Part shown: one piece after another, positions 63,537-64,000 of the stretch
Layout of the letters: each line of letters starts with the position of its first letter
Numbering within the stretch: the stretch's first letter is position 1
NCBI GenBank assembly: GCA_963771355.1
Contig: CAVYTA010000006.1
Span: 192,001 to 256,000 of the forward strand
From: an uncultured Candidatus Rokubacteria bacterium
Lineage (GTDB): Bacteria; Methylomirabilota; Methylomirabilia; Rokubacteriales; CSP1-6
DNA: 64,000 bases
Direction of reading: 5' to 3'
Translations under genes and position numbers: made by a program
The notes under the pieces: generated by a model
The model's database searches: none
What the model saw: the letters and a program-made list of their open reading frames with translations, nothing else
Told to the model about the DNA's origin: nothing

Positions 63537-64000
63537 TCCCGGCGAGCAGGGTGAAGAGCAGGCCGACCGAGGCCAGCGCGGCGACCGTCGGCGCATAGCC
63601 GATGCGCCCGATGAGCGCGCCGGAGGTCATCAGGCCCAGCGGCAGACCGTACACGGCGAGCATGCGCACGCCCATGACCCGCCCCCGGAAGCGGTCGCCC
63701 GCGACGGCCAGGAGCCAGGCGGCCATGGAGATCATCGTCACGCTCTGGACGAGGCCGGCGAGGAAGAGCGCGACCAGGCCGGCGCCGAGCGTCTCCACGA
63801 AGGCGAAGCCGAGCAAGACCGCATACCAGAAGGTCGCGTAGACGAGCATGGAGCGCTCGGGCCGGCGAGGCCCTCCCGTCGCCACCATGGTGATGGAGCC
63901 GAGGAGGGCGCCGAGCGAGAAGCTGGCGACCAGATAGCCGAGGCCGGTGGCGTCGACGCGGTAGACCTGCTTGGCGACATAGGGCAGGAGCCCGCCGGAG
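63493..64000 (-). CDS. MFS transporter, C-terminal part (5' end outside the window)
   Basis: Consecutive TM helices and the RFRGRVMG MFS motif. Confidence 0.8.
   Translation of the reverse strand, partial: SGGLLPYVAKQVYRVDATGLGYLVASFSLGALLGSITMVATGGPRRPERSMLVYATFWYAVLLGFAFVETLGAGLVALFLAGLVQSVTMISMAAWLLAVAGDRFRGRVMGVRMLAVYGLPLGLMTSGALIGRIGYAPTVAALASVGLLFTLLAGITWRASLWHRMTAR

Overview
High-GC bacterial chromosomal segment, densely packed with about 50 genes for catabolism, transport and signalling. It encodes seven amidohydrolase-superfamily proteins, three SDRs, two LLM oxidoreductases, a Baeyer-Villiger monooxygenase, a thiolase-like/DUF35 pair, a peptide-type ABC operon, an RND pump, a quinohemoprotein alcohol dehydrogenase and two hybrid PAS kinases. 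This gene mix resembles Candidatus Rokubacteria (Methylomirabilota), which is inference only. The strongest hidden signal is two genes truncated or split in the ORF track that read through an in-frame UGA at a Cys position, each followed by a SECIS-like hairpin: a DedA-rhodanese fusion (CxU, 45609-46571) and a BCP/PrxQ peroxiredoxin (TPGU, 54549-54983). Both are probable selenoproteins. Also notable: a PEP-CTERM-like SGNH hydrolase with an upstream TTTACA/IHF-like/sigma-54 layout, an alanine racemase homolog apparently lacking its catalytic Tyr, and an Ltp2-like aldolase operon. Four single-base frameshifts are probably assembly errors, and 59-61 kb is a patch of decayed genes. No rRNA, tRNA, CRISPR array or intact IS element was recognised.
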